Source: a virus. Taken from it: a stretch of DNA of 64,000 bases. The position numbers and the translations under genes were made by a program. Location: IMG/VR virus record IMGVR_UViG_3300020048_000012, one strand, 5' to 3'. Positions 18,153 through 26,907 of this stretch are shown in pieces (positions within the stretch are counted from its first letter, which is position 1; every line of letters starts with the position of its first letter). A model generated the notes under the pieces. That model was not told the origin of the DNA, made no database searches, and saw only the letters and a program-made list of their open reading frames with translations.

Positions 18153-19957
18153 GCCAACAACCAATCTTTACGTAGTTCTGCGGAATCGCCAAATGCCATT
18201 TCCAATTTGTTCATATCATCACCATTGACTTGGATAAGTCGAGGGTTATTCACACATTCATAATACACATTCTCAGGCATAGAACCCAATCCTTTAAAGT
18301 AATCAACTGCGTAGCCTTTAAGATTTGCAGAGTCAAATTCTTCCTTTGTATAGAAGATCTTAGTATCCTTTCCTTTAACGCAATAGTATAAAGGTGACAT
18401 CAAACGATAAATTCGTTTTTGCTCAAACAACTCAGGCCACAAACTAAAGAAGTTAAGCAGCAATCCAAAGATGTGCAAACCATCAACGTCGGCATCACTG
18501 AACGCAACAATCTTGCCATAATTCAAATTGACTGCAGGCTTACCGAGTTCCAATCCAATGATCGCCATCAACTCAAAGATTTCTTTGTTCTTGATGATAT
18601 CGATGGGCTTCATACCCCGTACGTTAAGAGGCTTACCACGCAGAGGGTAACCACCAACAGTCTTTGGATTACGCACACAGATGAGTGAACCAATAGCGGA
18701 CAAACCTTCGCAAAGCAAAAGCATCTTATGCTCAGGATTTGGATCAGTTGCAGCGATATGATTAACTACTCGCACTTTTGCAATGCTCTTCTGCTTCTTA
18801 GCCAGAGCCAACTTATCATTCATTTCCTTCTTGTAAAGGATAGCCTCGATCATTGGATCAATGATCTCCGGTGTGCCTAGAATGTGCTTAGCAATCTTTT
18901 CATAATCAATAGTTCCAAGTACATTTGAGACTTCGCCATACGCATTAGTGATACGTTCTTTAGTCTGTGAATCAAATTTCAAGTTAGGAAAATTGTTCAC
19001 CCAAGACGCAAAAAGCAAATGTTGTTTAATTTGATTAGGCGGTACTTCGATTTTGTATTTCTTCTTTACGAATTCACGAAGACTTGTGATGATGTTGTTC
19101 AAAACGTAATCGACGTGAGTTCCGCCGTTTTTGACATAAATGCCATTTACATAACTCAAGCACCGAAATTCTTCATCTTTACCTGAAGGAGCAAATACAA
19201 ATGCGAAGTTCGTGCCTTCAATTGAAATGGCATTTTCATTAAATTGCTTAGCGACTTGCTTGATGTTCTTGAATTTGATCTTCTCACCATTAAATGAAAA
19301 GACAATGTTATGATACATGACTGCGAGATTTGCAATACGATCTTTTAACACATCGACATGATCTTGCGTGAATTCAGTCAATGCAAATTTGGACAAATCG
19401 GGCATAAACTTCACCGTCACGCCGCGAACAGGATTAGTAGGAGTACTAACTTTATGCCTGACAGACTTCATATTGTTATCGCAAGTGACAACAATTTTTT
19501 GCTTACCGTCACATGAAGCACCAACGAACGATGTAGAGAAAATGTTAGTCAGTGAAACGCCGACGCCATTCATACCCGCACCAATGCGAGTAGAATCATC
19601 AAAGTTAGATCCTGCTCGTAGTTTCGTCCAAGCGAGCAAAGGACGATATTCACCACCATGAAGTTCAACTGGAATTCCTCGACCATTATCGGATAGAGTT
19701 ACCTCACATCCTTCAAGAGTAGTTTCAATTTTAACATCAATCTTTGTTGCAAACTTACCTTCGGTTCGAATGTGCTCGTCGACACTATTTTGAATAACTT
19801 CTTCGACGATTTTAATCAAGCCAGGCACAACAGTCTTGACTTGGTATTCATAATTGATAATGCCTGAATGAGGTTCAGGCGTAACCGAACCAATGTACAT
19901 TGCAGGTCGTGCAAGCACATGTTCTCGATCATCTAGTACTTTAAATTCTTCTGTCAT
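18149..19957 (-). CDS. 39: DNA topoisomerase II large subunit (unsplit gp39+gp60, GyrB-like)
   Basis: HVLARPAMYIGS, DNGRGIP, GMNGVG, CEGLSA, PLRGKPLNV, SDADVDG, YFKGLGS. Confidence 0.96.
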   Translation of the reverse strand: MTEEFKVLDDREHVLARPAMYIGSVTPEPHSGIINYEYQVKTVVPGLIKIVEEVIQNSVDEHIRTEGKFATKIDVKIETTLEGCEVTLSDNGRGIPVELHGGEYRPLLAWTKLRAGSNFDDSTRIGAGMNGVGVSLTNIFSTSFVGASCDGKQKIVVTCDNNMKSVRHKVSTPTNPVRGVTVKFMPDLSKFALTEFTQDHVDVLKDRIANLAVMYHNIVFSFNGEKIKFKNIKQVAKQFNENAISIEGTNFAFVFAPSGKDEEFRCLSYVNGIYVKNGGTHVDYVLNNIITSLREFVKKKYKIEVPPNQIKQHLLFASWVNNFPNLKFDSQTKERITNAYGEVSNVLGTIDYEKIAKHILGTPEIIDPMIEAILYKKEMNDKLALAKKQKSIAKVRVVNHIAATDPNPEHKMLLLCEGLSAIGSLICVRNPKTVGGYPLRGKPLNVRGMKPIDIIKNKEIFELMAIIGLELGKPAVNLNYGKIVAFSDADVDGLHIFGLLLNFFSLWPELFEQKRIYRLMSPLYYCVKGKDTKIFYTKEEFDSANLKGYAVDYFKGLGSMPENVYYECVNNPRLIQVNGDDMNKLEMAFGDSAELRKDWLLA

Positions 19958-20012
19958 TTATGATGTTTCGTTGTTTAAATGTTATTATACCACATACACG
20001 ATTTATTGTACA

Positions 20013-20411
20013 TTAAACGTTTATTTTTGGCGAAGTTGGTCGAGTGACATCGCGCGCCACTGCGCATAGAGTTTCAGCGATATTGGATGCAACTGTTCCG
20101 AGTCCATTGACGAAATCGTTTTCATACTTAAACTCTCCCGCTGTGTCAAGCGTGACCAATTTTCCAAGACCAAGAGCGCAATGTTTTGCAGTGACATACC
20201 AAAGTTCACCAATGTGCGTGTTTTTAACCAAGTTCGATGTCTTGCCAACACCTATTACCATAAATTCACCATTACGCGTCTTTTCGATTTTAACTGATTT
20301 TGACAAAATCGAATATGTGACATTATTATCATTTTGAGCCACTTTAATCCATTCTTGAGAATGGGCCGAGATCGATGCGCACGTAATTAGAGCTGCAATA
20401 AAGATTTTCAT
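20013..20411 (-). CDS. hypothetical exported protein
   Basis: Signal-peptide-like N-terminus MKIFIAALITCASISAHS. Confidence 0.65.
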   Translation of the reverse strand: MKIFIAALITCASISAHSQEWIKVAQNDNNVTYSILSKSVKIEKTRNGEFMVIGVGKTSNLVKNTHIGELWYVTAKHCALGLGKLVTLDTAGEFKYENDFVNGLGTVASNIAETLCAVARDVTRPTSPKINV

Positions 20412-20472
20412 TTAAATTTCCTTCGTTAATTTCGTTCGTCGCCTAGATAGTGGGGTGTTACTTATCGACCAT

Positions 20473-21566
20473 TCAATGAATGACTGTAAAACTATTGCCC
20501 CAAGTTGATGGCTTATACCATTTTTGTTCACTAAATCCAAATTCTTTTGCGATCGTAAGAGCTTCATTAAGAGTCTTATCATGCAATTTGCATTCGCTTT
20601 TCCACATCCCATCGTCCCATCGAAAACAAATTGTCGATAGAACGCAATTGTCATTAAATTGTTCGAGGTTTTTGCTATTCATTTCGATTCCTTATTTGAT
20701 TTGTGCAATCATTTCTTTCAAACGAACGATCTGATCTTGTTCAGCTTGCATGCAGCTATCAAAGATAGTCTGAGGAGCATCATACGTACCGGCATCCATA
20801 GATGCTTGACGAGAAGCAATGCTTTTTACATAACCATTGATTAAGCGAGTAAGACGCTTGAATTCTTTTGATGTTTGGATAGAGGTTTTGCCTTCTTCCA
20901 CACGTTCCCACTGAAGAACTAAACCCTTAGCATGCGTAGACTTTTCAACTTTAGTGACGCCCGCATCATCGCATGTATAGAACAATTGATATGAATTGCC
21001 ATGCAAATGACCGCTCGTACTGTACTCGCCATCTCGACATTGGCTAAGCAAAAAGCTAGCCTGTTTATCACTCTTGAAAAAACCATTGTTAGTTTTTACT
21101 AAAGAAGCGAAAGAGATAGAGAGGTCCATTTGTAATCCAGTCTGATTAATTAAATCTATTATACCATCAAATCTAATTAATGTACACCGTTTTTACGGCC
21201 AATGCGTTCAGCAATCTTCAACTTGATGAATTCAAGATGTTCATTGAACTTCATTTGAGGGTAGTCGACCACAGCCAATTCGAATTGTGTTCGAAGAGCG
21301 TAAAGTTGTGTCAAAGACTTGCTAGCATACTCTGCCTCAACATCATATGTGCGCGTGTTGTTCCCCATGATAAAGCCTTTTCAATGAACGTTAACTTGAA
21401 TGACAACACATGGAACAACGTCAGGGTACGAAGGATCCATATCTTCGGGAGTGAAACAATCAATGTTATCAATTGCAAATATTTTGCCGCCGCGATTGTC
21501 ATTAACTTTGACAACGTAGTCCTGTGGCATGCTTTTGAGAATATCGATAAGGTCTGAGACTAGCAT
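20473..21566 (-). other. four small early hypothetical ORFs (20473-20682, 20692-21129, 21177-21368, 21381-21566)
   Basis: ORF track; downstream of early promoters 21158 and 21595. Confidence 0.55.
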
Positions 21567-21961
21567 TTCAATTCCTTGTTTGTTTGTTAGATCAATTATA
21601 CCACAAAATCTAATTGTTGTACACTACTTTATGCAGTGCTCGTACGTCCTTGTATGACTCGATGTATATGCCTACTCACTCAAGCAGTCTCGAGTCACAT
21701 ACGTCCTCTTACCTTGATACGGTATTAGAAAGAATAGGTTTGTTTACAAACAGAGCTCCGGATTTGTATCTTAAGTATTAAACAGAATTGAAAAGAAGAT
21801 AGATTATCTGTTCCGACCTTTGGTCGGCCGCTGGAAGAACTATTATTTAATATAGTTGTTTTCCAGATTGTAATACTGTTATTATACCATTCTTCATGAT
21901 TTAATAAAATCTATTTGTGATACTGTATCATTTAGTATACAATTACATTGACCTAGAAACG

Positions 21962-21990
21962 ACAAAAGCCCGAATAAATTCGAGCTTTGT
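21962..21990. terminator. putative intrinsic terminator
   Basis: aaaagc-ccgaa-taaa-ttcg-agcttt hairpin with A/T tracts after ORF 22004..22174. Confidence 0.55.
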
Positions 21991-22003
21991 ATTAAATATT
22001 TAA

Positions 22004-22174
22004 TTACTTTTTATCGTAAAGACTTAATCGTTCATTTTCATCGGATAATTGTTTCTGTAAATTATCTGATTCTTTTTGTTTATCTTTTCCGAATATAGCA
22101 TCCCATCGATTATCATATTCTTCTTGTGTCACACTATATGGTCTTGGTTTAGACCCTTTTCCACCATCACTCAT
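22004..22174 (-). CDS. small hypothetical protein MSDGGKGSKPRPYSV (56 aa)
   Basis: Manual translation; below ORF-track cutoff; N-terminal motif familiar from T4-like phages. Confidence 0.65.
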   Translation of the reverse strand: MSDGGKGSKPRPYSVTQEEYDNRWDAIFGKDKQKESDNLQKQLSDENERLSLYDKK

Positions 22175-22325
22175 TTTGATTCAACCTTAATAGTCTCGGC
22201 CAATGACTTTTGGAAACTATCTTCAGATAGTACGTGACTGCCATTACAATATCCAGACGCGCTGCGACCACAACTGCATAATTTTTTGACCTCGGTTAGC
22301 ATAATTTTTTCGCTCATATAGTTCC

Positions 22326-22955
22326 TTATAAGTAATGACAGAATGTCGTCATGATATATTTAGGGTCGCTGATTGGTTTAAATCCACAATGTAGATATTG
22401 CCAAGTGCTCGGAAATATTAGCATACTTCCTTTCTTGGGTTGACAACTAAATCCCAATTTAGGAAATGCTGCGTCACCACCTTCAGGGATATCATTCAAA
22501 TAATATAATGCAGTGATGAATCGACGGGCCGATGCGTAATCACCGACATCAGTATGTAACCCAAATCCATCTTTGCCATTATTCATTGTCCGATTAATTC
22601 TAAAATGCTCAAATCCGTATTTTTCTGGAATTCTAGTTGGAGCATCCTGTGCATCAATATCAATCATATATTCGCCAATAGCTCGAACAGTGTAGTTTAC
22701 TACATGCGTGTGTAGATGTTTGAATAAAGGAATGTGTTGATTATCTGTGACATTCAATTGATCAAATCTAAAGTGGCCTTCGCCTTGCGCGTGAGTAACA
22801 TGTAATTGAGAATTTTTATCATACAATTGCAATAACTCATTGCATAAAGACGAAGGCAAAACATTTGGTTTATACGTGATATAGAACGCCAAATGCGTCT
22901 TATCAGGACGCCAAGTCATATAATCTTCTGGTGCAAGACGAATAATATCATTCAT
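22326..22955 (-). CDS. 2OG-Fe(II) oxygenase (prolyl-4-hydroxylase-like)
   Basis: FGLHTD (HxD), LYYLNDIPEGG, PKKGSMLIFPS...YLHCG...KY. Confidence 0.88.
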   Translation of the reverse strand: MNDIIRLAPEDYMTWRPDKTHLAFYITYKPNVLPSSLCNELLQLYDKNSQLHVTHAQGEGHFRFDQLNVTDNQHIPLFKHLHTHVVNYTVRAIGEYMIDIDAQDAPTRIPEKYGFEHFRINRTMNNGKDGFGLHTDVGDYASARRFITALYYLNDIPEGGDAAFPKLGFSCQPKKGSMLIFPSTWQYLHCGFKPISDPKYIMTTFCHYL

Positions 22956-23680
22956 AATTTTAAATTCCTAGAATACGCTTCAATTTCGACTAATAAATCA
23001 TCTCTACAAATGTCTACATTTATAATTTTACCACTAATATTGTATTTTTGTAAAATATGTTTTACAACTTGATTTGATTCTTTATTCTTTACGTAGATAG
23101 TATACACTAAGTCTGAATTAGTTACACCCGATGTTGTCATCAATCTTCCGATATTATTAAGCGTTAAATCTATTTGACCAAACAAATCATCTTTATACCA
23201 TGTTTCACTGCCACGAATACTGGCTGTGCCAGATATCAATAAGTTATTGTCGTGTATTGCTGCTCGCGAAAATAATGGAACGCCATACACAGATGGATAA
23301 TTGAATGGATCTATTTGATTTGTATTGCTAAAGAAACGAGCTGGCGTTCGTGCTCGCGTATAGATGAGAGTGTATGTATCATCGAATGATCCTAAAGCAC
23401 ATGCAGTAGGATATTCCGTTACATTAAATTTAGTGAATATCTTTTTGCGAACTACATTGAATTTTGAGTATCGCTGAACGCCATCTTCATAACGAAGAAT
23501 ATCGGGTATAAAGTTTCTTATGTTGATAATGTATGGATATTCAGAATTGGGCGTAAACATTGCATTATACGCCCGTTCAATTTGTGATTCTATATCATAT
23601 CCACTTATTTTGATTTTAGTAGTTTGATAATTTTTCATAATATTAAAATGGTGGTCGGAAGAACACTCGAAGTTCCACAT
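22952..23680 (-). CDS. FkbO/Hyg5 chorismatase-like (YjgF-fold) protein, N-terminally short
   Basis: FSRA...LLISGTASIRG...Q...TL.N...IYVK...VDICRDDLLVEIEA matches the C-terminal domain pattern of the family. Confidence 0.72.
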   Translation of the reverse strand: MWNFECSSDHHFNIMKNYQTTKIKISGYDIESQIERAYNAMFTPNSEYPYIINIRNFIPDILRYEDGVQRYSKFNVVRKKIFTKFNVTEYPTACALGSFDDTYTLIYTRARTPARFFSNTNQIDPFNYPSVYGVPLFSRAAIHDNNLLISGTASIRGSETWYKDDLFGQIDLTLNNIGRLMTTSGVTNSDLVYTIYVKNKESNQVVKHILQKYNISGKIINVDICRDDLLVEIEAYSRNLKL

Positions 23681-23727
23681 TTATCCGTATGAAGGATACT
23701 CTCTGCCTCTTAAGATACCCGACCAAT

Positions 23728-23802
23728 TGGTAAGTCGAATAGGATTCGAACCTATATTAAAGCCTTATAATGGACTCTACTCTACCGTTGAGTTATCGAC
23801 TT
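23728..23802 (-). tRNA. tRNA-Ile(TAT)-like with 8-nt anticodon loop
   Basis: Cloverleaf AAGTCGA/TCGACTT, CCA encoded; loop CATTATAA. Confidence 0.6.
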
Positions 23803-23951
23803 ATTTATTATAGTTTAGCACACTGTTCATACACTTTACCTTCACCTACACAAGGTATGAAGGCCCTCGAGGTAAATTCCGACTTTTCACATTTTCAGGT
23901 AATTACTCCTTACTTAGTGTTTCTCAGTTCGTGCAGTGCGCTAAACTATAA

Positions 23952-24048
23952 CATATTAAACCATACTAACTGCCTAAGCCACAAGAGCTTAACCCTGCCC
24001 GTGATGTGAGCTACCTCATCTATCACGCACCCAGTGTGGTTTAATATG
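23952..24048 (-). ncRNA. inverted-repeat-bounded RNA cassette A
   Basis: catattaaaccatac / gtgtggtttaatatg (14/15) enclosing two hairpins. Confidence 0.45.
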
Positions 24049-24049
24049 C

Positions 24050-24145
24050 GAACTCATTGTAGGCAGGGGTCGAACCTGCACGAGGCGTCTATTTCCTCCG
24101 ACCCTATGAGAGGTCTATGACTACCAATTCCATCACTACGAGTTC
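24050..24145 (-). ncRNA. atypical class-II tRNA-like RNA, CAT anticodon
   Basis: Leu/Ser-type D loop, long variable arm, T loop TTCGACC, extended bulged acceptor, no intact CCA. Confidence 0.5.
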
Positions 24146-24194
24146 CTCAGGTGATCAGTCCCGAGAATGGTGAAGGGTAATTAATCCTTCGTTT

Positions 24195-24319
24195 ACCATA
24201 TTTAAGCGTCTTAATATCTCTCATAGTTGACGCTATAAGTTTTCGCAGGCCGTCAAACCCACCGAAATACTCTACGCGTTTCTTGCATAGAGTACCCCGT
24301 CAAGACACTTAAATATGGT
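24195..24319 (-). ncRNA. inverted-repeat-bounded RNA cassette B
   Basis: 17/18-bp arms accatatttaagcgtctt / aagacacttaaatatggt; internal hairpins. Confidence 0.5.
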
Positions 24320-24390
24320 GATTGAGATAAGAATTGAACTTATGACCTCAACGATGTCAACGTTGCGTTCTACCACTGAACTACTCAACC
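24316..24390 (-). tRNA. tRNA-Val(GAC)
   Basis: Cloverleaf, CAACG-TTGACAT-CGTTG, CCA. Confidence 0.92.
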
Positions 24391-24464
24391 AAGTTATGAT
24401 ACACGTATCACTTCAATACGTATCCATCGACTTCCGTCGTGCTTTCTACAATATCTTAAGCTAG

Positions 24465-24540
24465 TACCATATTAAAACACACACCTTGAACCTATGTTTC
24501 TCATCGTGTCCGCACAGGCGGGATGTGTTTTAATATGGTA
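24465..24540 (-). ncRNA. inverted-repeat-bounded RNA cassette C
   Basis: Perfect 17-bp arms taccatattaaaacaca / tgtgttttaatatggta. Confidence 0.5.
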
Positions 24541-24609
24541 GGGCTGCTCGGTAACGATCCGAGTTTTACGAGTTAAAAGCTCGTTACTTCACCTTAAAGT
24601 TTCAACCCC
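24536..24609 (-). tRNA. tRNA-Lys(TTT)
   Basis: ACGAG-CTTTTAA-CTCGT, CCA. Confidence 0.88.
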
Positions 24610-24614
24610 ATGTA

Positions 24615-24689
24615 TGGTCCCGTGGCTCAGATTCAAACTGAGTTCTCTCGGCTTAAGAGGCCGGACTTCATCGTCAAAGTTTCCTCGGG
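24615..24689 (-). tRNA. tRNA-Lys(CTT)
   Basis: CCGGC-CTCTTAA-GCCGA, CCA. Confidence 0.85.
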
Positions 24690-24837
24690 TGTTACGTATT
24701 GAATTATCTTTTACGTGCACACTTTAGACCATACATGGGATCTAAAGGGCACTATCGTTTAGCAGATGCTTTCATATAGTTTCCTTTTGTTTTAAAAATT
24801 AATTATACTCTAATTACGTATTATTGTACACTAATTT

Positions 24838-24914
24838 TGGAAAGCCATGAGAGATTTGAACTCCCGACCTCTTCGTTCGAAGCGAAGTACTCTAGTCCAC
24901 TGAGTTAATGGCTC
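24838..24914 (-). tRNA. tRNA-Arg(TCG)
   Basis: CTTCG-CTTCGAA-CGAAG, CCA. Confidence 0.92.
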
Positions 24915-24920
24915 ATTGAT

Positions 24921-25124
24921 TTACGCGTAAGAATAAAACGTCTTAGACTTACCTTTAGAATTAGTTACAACGCTTGTGTTAATCGCGTATCCATGTTCAC
25001 GGATATCGCTAATGCGTGCGCGGACAGCATTTGGCGTAGTCTTAAGGCGTGATGCAAGTTGTGCGACGGTTTGTGTTTTGCCTTCAAGCACGAGAGTTTC
25101 AAAGATTTTGCGTTTAATCGACAT
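24921..25124 (-). CDS. small winged-HTH DNA-binding protein
   Basis: TVAQLASRLKTTPNAVRARISDIREHGYAI HTH pattern. Confidence 0.7.
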   Translation of the reverse strand: MSIKRKIFETLVLEGKTQTVAQLASRLKTTPNAVRARISDIREHGYAINTSVVTNSKGKSKTFYSYA

Positions 25125-25146
25125 AATATATCCTCTTATAATAAAA

Positions 25147-25220
25147 TGGAGTACTCATAGGGAATCGAACCCTATTACCCGGTTTTGCAGACCGTTGCCT
25201 ATCCAACTGGCTCTGAGTAC
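25147..25220 (-). tRNA. tRNA-Cys(GCA)
   Basis: ACGGT-CTGCAAA-ACCGG, U73, CCA. Confidence 0.92.
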
Positions 25221-25224
25221 AAAA

Positions 25225-25299
25225 TGGTGCCGCTCCTAGGTTTCGATCCTAGTACCAAGGAATTATGAGTTCCCTGCTCTCCCATTGAGCTAGAGCGGC
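25225..25299 (-). tRNA. tRNA-Met/Ile2(CAT)
   Basis: GGGAA-CTCATAA-TTCCT, CCA; Met versus lysidine-Ile not resolvable by eye. Confidence 0.88.
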
Positions 25300-25307
25300 A
25301 AATAAAA

Positions 25308-25625
25308 TTAACACTTCCACTGGACCAGCCTGGCGTACAGACTGCGGTGGCTCCACCGACAGAAACGTTTATCAGGATTTGAAGAACTTTGATTGCCTCG
25401 AGTCTTTCGACTTGTCAATGGCTAATCGTTGTGCTTTCATGATTTAAACGTTTATCTTTGACACTTAAACTTTGAACTTTAATATTTAAACGTTGAGGTT
25501 CCATATTGGTAGGCATTTCTGCCCGATAGTTCGTTGATTTAAAATATCAATGATTTGTCCATATTTTGATACTGAGGACAATAAGTAAGGCCGTTCTAAT
25601 CTGTTCGGTCCAGCAAAGTGTTAAC
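25308..25625 (-). ncRNA. unknown ~320-nt structured RNA with tandem 7-nt repeats
   Basis: Terminal pairing TTAACACTT-TGCTGGACC / GGTCCAGTG-G-AAGTGTTAA; GNRA hairpins GGCA-GAAA-TGCC and AGTC-GAAA-GACT; heptad tract 25420-25497. Confidence 0.65.
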
Positions 25626-26264
25626 TTAAAAACTGATAGTTGTCTTGGCGTTAACCTCAGACAAAGTGAAATCCAATTCAGTATCGACAAGAGAAATTTC
25701 TTCCTCAAGTGCAGCAATCTTCTCAACAATGTTGACTGGGTCAATCAATGCAGCTTCCTTCATAGCCTTCTGAGGCTTAGCAATTAGGTCATATGAACCT
25801 GCGTCCACCTTGGATTTATCGCTACCATAAATGGTCTTCAAGTTAGAGTCAATGTCTTGCTCCAACTTGGCGTTCAATTGAGACACAAGGCCTTGAGCAC
25901 GAGTTTGTTGAAGACGCATAACATTCAACAGATTACGCTTGCTGTCGATCGAACGCTTCATTTCGATAGCTTCTGCGACAGTCACTTCAATCGAACCAAT
26001 CTTCACTGTCGTGACAGCATTGGACTTAACGATCGCAGCTTTGATTGCGGCACGTTCCTTAAACAGCGAATTCACAGTATCAAAAGAACTCTGGATCTTA
26101 GCCTTAGCCTGATCGACGGACAGTCCTGCCGTATCATTGACCTTCATCTGAGCGTCTTTACCAACACTGACAGTCACAAACATACCGGCACTCGTCGCAC
26201 GAGCAATACGGTCATCGAGACGCTTCAATTCAGCCAAAGCACGAGTTACAGACATTGTGTTCAT
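25626..26264 (-). CDS. coiled-coil hypothetical protein with internal two-fold repeat (212 aa)
   Basis: Start reassigned to MNTMSVTRAL (SD AAGGA 7 nt upstream; longer ORF-track start overlaps a tRNA). Confidence 0.85.
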   Translation of the reverse strand: MNTMSVTRALAELKRLDDRIARATSAGMFVTVSVGKDAQMKVNDTAGLSVDQAKAKIQSSFDTVNSLFKERAAIKAAIVKSNAVTTVKIGSIEVTVAEAIEMKRSIDSKRNLLNVMRLQQTRAQGLVSQLNAKLEQDIDSNLKTIYGSDKSKVDAGSYDLIAKPQKAMKEAALIDPVNIVEKIAALEEEISLVDTELDFTLSEVNAKTTISF

Positions 26265-26296
26265 TTTCATTTCCTTCATAGTTAAACGTTGATTAT

Positions 26297-26375
26297 TGGT
26301 ACCCAAGAGGAGACTCGAACTCCTAACTTTTCTTCGTTCTTAGCGAAGCGCCTTTTCCAATTTGGCAACAAGGGC
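26297..26375 (-). tRNA. tRNA-Leu(AAG), short variable region, two acceptor mismatches
   Basis: CTTCG-CTAAGAA-CGAAG, A73, CCA. Confidence 0.7.
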
Positions 26376-26381
26376 ATTATA

Positions 26382-26456
26382 TGGTACCTCTGCCAGGAAT
26401 TAAACCTGGATCTGAACCTTCGCAGGGTTCTGTGATATTCATTTCACTACAGAGAT
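26382..26456 (-). tRNA. tRNA-Arg(GCG)
   Basis: GAACC-CTGCGAA-GGTTC, CCA; atypical T loop. Confidence 0.82.
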
Positions 26457-26462
26457 AAATTC

Positions 26463-26610
26463 ATTATTGTTAAGAGTTATCATGCAAATTTAGGAGTGAG
26501 GTGCTTCCTCTCCAAAGCCGATGCAGTTATATTAGGATCAGTCGCCGGCCGCTTTGACCCGAATAGATTACACGTCTGTAATCGATACCTTGATAACGCT
26601 TAACAATAAT
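26463..26610 (-). ncRNA. inverted-repeat-bounded RNA cassette D
   Basis: 12+7-bp arms attattgttaag-a-gttatca / tgataac-g-cttaacaataat; internal hairpins. Confidence 0.5.
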
Positions 26611-26822
26611 AAAACACATTAGGAGTCCTATGGAGGGGAGATTATGACCTTCGGAACAACCCTAAGAACTAACGTGTTTTAATAAATCAGAGGCTGGTCT
26701 AAGATGTCACAGAATCGAACTGTAAAACCATCATCTTAAAGAGCGCGGAGTTTCTAGCTACTCATTGCTCCACTCGGCCGAGTTAACCCGTTACATGCGC
26801 TAACACATAACACCTCTAAACT

Positions 26823-26900
26823 TGGTGTGAGCATCCGGATTCGAACCGGAGTATCTGAGTTGGCAACCCAGGACATTAGACCAAACTATGCTATGCCCAC
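26823..26900 (-). tRNA. tRNA-Gly(GCC)
   Basis: CTGGG-TTGCCAA-CTCAG, CCA. Confidence 0.88.
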
Positions 26901-26907
26901 GAAAATA

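Noticed and set aside
18149-19957. Unsplit gp39/gp60 and possible ribosomal bypass
   Set aside because: Continuous ORF; the unsplit form is the common state outside T4 itself, so nothing unusual
23728-23802. Stop-codon reassignment suggested by a possible UUA anticodon
   Set aside because: Core genes (59, 52, 39, 30, rnh) are intact under the standard code and TAA is used as a normal stop
26265-26306. N-terminal extension of the coiled-coil ORF to 26306
   Set aside because: Overlaps the 3' end of tRNA-Leu(AAG); SD spacing favours ATG at 26264
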